32,867 bases of DNA from Octopus bimaculoides. Lineage: Eukaryota. The notes beneath the pieces were generated by a model that was given only the letters and a program-made list of their open reading frames with translations, had not been told where the DNA came from and made no database searches. Position numbers and translations under genes: made by a program. Position 1 is the first letter of the stretch. Each line of letters begins with the position of its first letter. Of the stretch, positions 31,039 through 32,867 are shown piece after piece. The stretch is taken from assembly GCF_001194135.2 (NCBI RefSeq), contig NC_068989.1, forward strand, positions 24,377,846-24,410,712, given 5' to 3'.

Positions 31039-32034
31039 AGACACCAAAGGTACTATCTCTAGACACCAAAGGTACTATCACTAGACGCCAAAGGTACTGT
31101 CTCTAGACGCCAAAGGTACTGTCTCTAGACGCCAAAGGTACTGTCTCTAGACGCCAAAGGTACTGTCTCTAGACGCCAAAGGCACTGTCTCTAGACGCCA
31201 TAGGCACTGTCTCTAGACGCCAAAGGCACTGTCTCTAGACGCCAAAGGCNNNNNNNNNNNNNNNNNNNNNNNNNNNNNNNNNNNNNNNNNNNNNNNNNNN
31301 NNNNNNNNNNNNNNNNNNNNNNNNNNNNNNNNNNNNNNNNNNNNNNNNNNNNNNNNNNNNNNNNNNNNNNNNNNNNNNNNNNNNNNNNNNNNNNNNNNNN
31401 NNNNNNNNNNNNNNNNNNNNNNNNNNNNNNNNNNNNNNNNNNNNNNNNNNNNNNNNNNNNNNNNNNNNNNNNNNNNNNNNNNNNNNNNNNNNNNNNNNNN
31501 NNNNNNNNNNNNNNNNNNNNNNNNNNNNNNNNNNNNNNNNNNNNNNNNNNNATCACTAGACGCCAAAGGTACTGTCTCTAGACGCCAAAGGTACTGTCTC
31601 TAGACGCCAAAGGTACTGTCTCTAGACGCCAAAGGTACTGTCTCTAGACGCCAAAGGTACTGTCTCTAAACGCCAAAGGTACTGTCTCTAAACACCAAAG
31701 GTACTGTCTCTAGACACCAAAGGTACTGTCACTAGACACCAAAGGTACTGTCACTAGACACCAAAGGTACTGTCACTAGACACCAAAGGTACTGTCACTA
31801 GACACCAAAGGTACTGTCACTAGACACCAAAGGTACTGTCACTAGACACCAAAGGTACTATCACTAGACACCAAAGGTACTGTCACTAGACACCAAAGGT
31901 ACTGTCTCTAGACACCAAAGGTACTGTCTCTAGACACCAAAGGTACTGTCTCTAGACACCAAAGGTACTGTCTCTAGACACCAAAGGTACTATCACTAGA
32001 CACCAAAGGTATTGTCTCTAGACACCAAAGGTAC
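31039..32034. repeat. 22-bp minisatellite (AGAC(A/G)CCAAAGGTACTGTC(T/A)CT), spanning a 301-N gap (31250-31550)
   Basis: About 9.6 units left of the gap and about 22 right of it, with a strict 22-bp period and no spacers. Confidence 0.97.
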
Positions 32035-32706
32035 AGTTCGATACAGGAGTAAAATAAAAACTTGGAAAAGAAGTTTAAATGAGAATGAGACAGGCTGATA
32101 GATATATAGATAACAAGTATCTAATCAATATACTGTTTCAGTGTAGGGGGACAAGAGAAGCAAAAGAGAGATGACTTAATGGGGGAGGGAGAAAGAAAGA
32201 GAGAGAAGTAAATAGGAATATAGAGAGTAAGGTTATGAAGTGTGAATGAAAATGATTTAAAGTGAAAGAGTATGAGTGAGTAATCAATTGAGTGAATGGC
32301 ATACAAAAAAACAAAAAAAAACCAGATCTCAACCATTTTGAACTCGTCTGTTACAATGTGAAAACGATTCAGGCAATACATTATAAAGTAGCTGGTATTG
32401 TGAGCTCACAGGGAAGTTTACATGCTTAGAGGGTTGTGACTTTTCTTAGAAACAGATAACCCAAGAGCAACACTGACATTTTAAGCTATCTTTTTAAAAC
32501 AAATTTTCATCAAAATAAGAGTGAGTCAGACCTTACGTTATCAGAGAGCAGAGACATAAGAGGTGATATGTCATGGTCCTGTATGATTTCATTATATTGG
32601 ATCTTAGCACACCAGTCATGTTTCTGCTCACTGCCGCCTTTAATAATTTCCATGAAAATTGAAAATAGGGGTACTAGTCTATACATATTAGGTGGAATAT
32701 TACCAG

Positions 32707-32830
32707 ATCATCAACCTTTTAACATCCACTTTTTAATGCTTGCATGGGTTGAAGAGAGTATACTGAGGCAGATTTTCTATGGTCAGATGCCCTTCCTGTT
32801 GCCAACCCTCACTTGTTACTAAGCAAAGTA
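32707..32830 (-). mobile_element. RTE/SINE 3' tail fragment
   Basis: atcatcaacctttt aacatccactttt..atgcttgcatggg...gatgcccttcctgttgccaaccctcac. Confidence 0.65.
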
Positions 32831-32867
32831 AATTCCCACTGCTGTTGTTCATTGAGTTACATAATAT

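Noticed and set aside
31039-32034. CRISPR array
   Set aside because: The units are contiguous with no unique spacers, there are no cas genes, and the context is a eukaryotic intron.

Overview
Eukaryotic, AT-rich, repeat-dense genomic DNA. The SINE/LINE repertoire points to an octopus or other coleoid cephalopod (inference from recalled repeat families). The window lies inside one minus-strand gene, mitochondrial propionyl-CoA carboxylase alpha subunit (PCCA). I traced 11 consecutive GT-AG exons (30126 down to 11355) that join in frame to 1026 nt / 342 codons. They cover the C-terminal biotin-carboxylase domain and the BT linker domain. Upstream exons and the final biotinyl-domain exons were not found and probably lie outside the window. 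The introns hold three 2-3 kb decayed RTE-clade LINE copies in both orientations, each with a PHD-type C4HC3 finger motif inside ORF2. They also hold an older second LINE with a nested insertion, three tRNA-derived SINE families, two hAT MITEs, a Penelope-like hammerhead core, a 66-bp hairpin array, a 22-bp minisatellite, microsatellites and four N-gaps. I see no prokaryotic-type system, CRISPR array or second host gene. Most ORFs in the supplied track are LINE remnants or simple-repeat noise.
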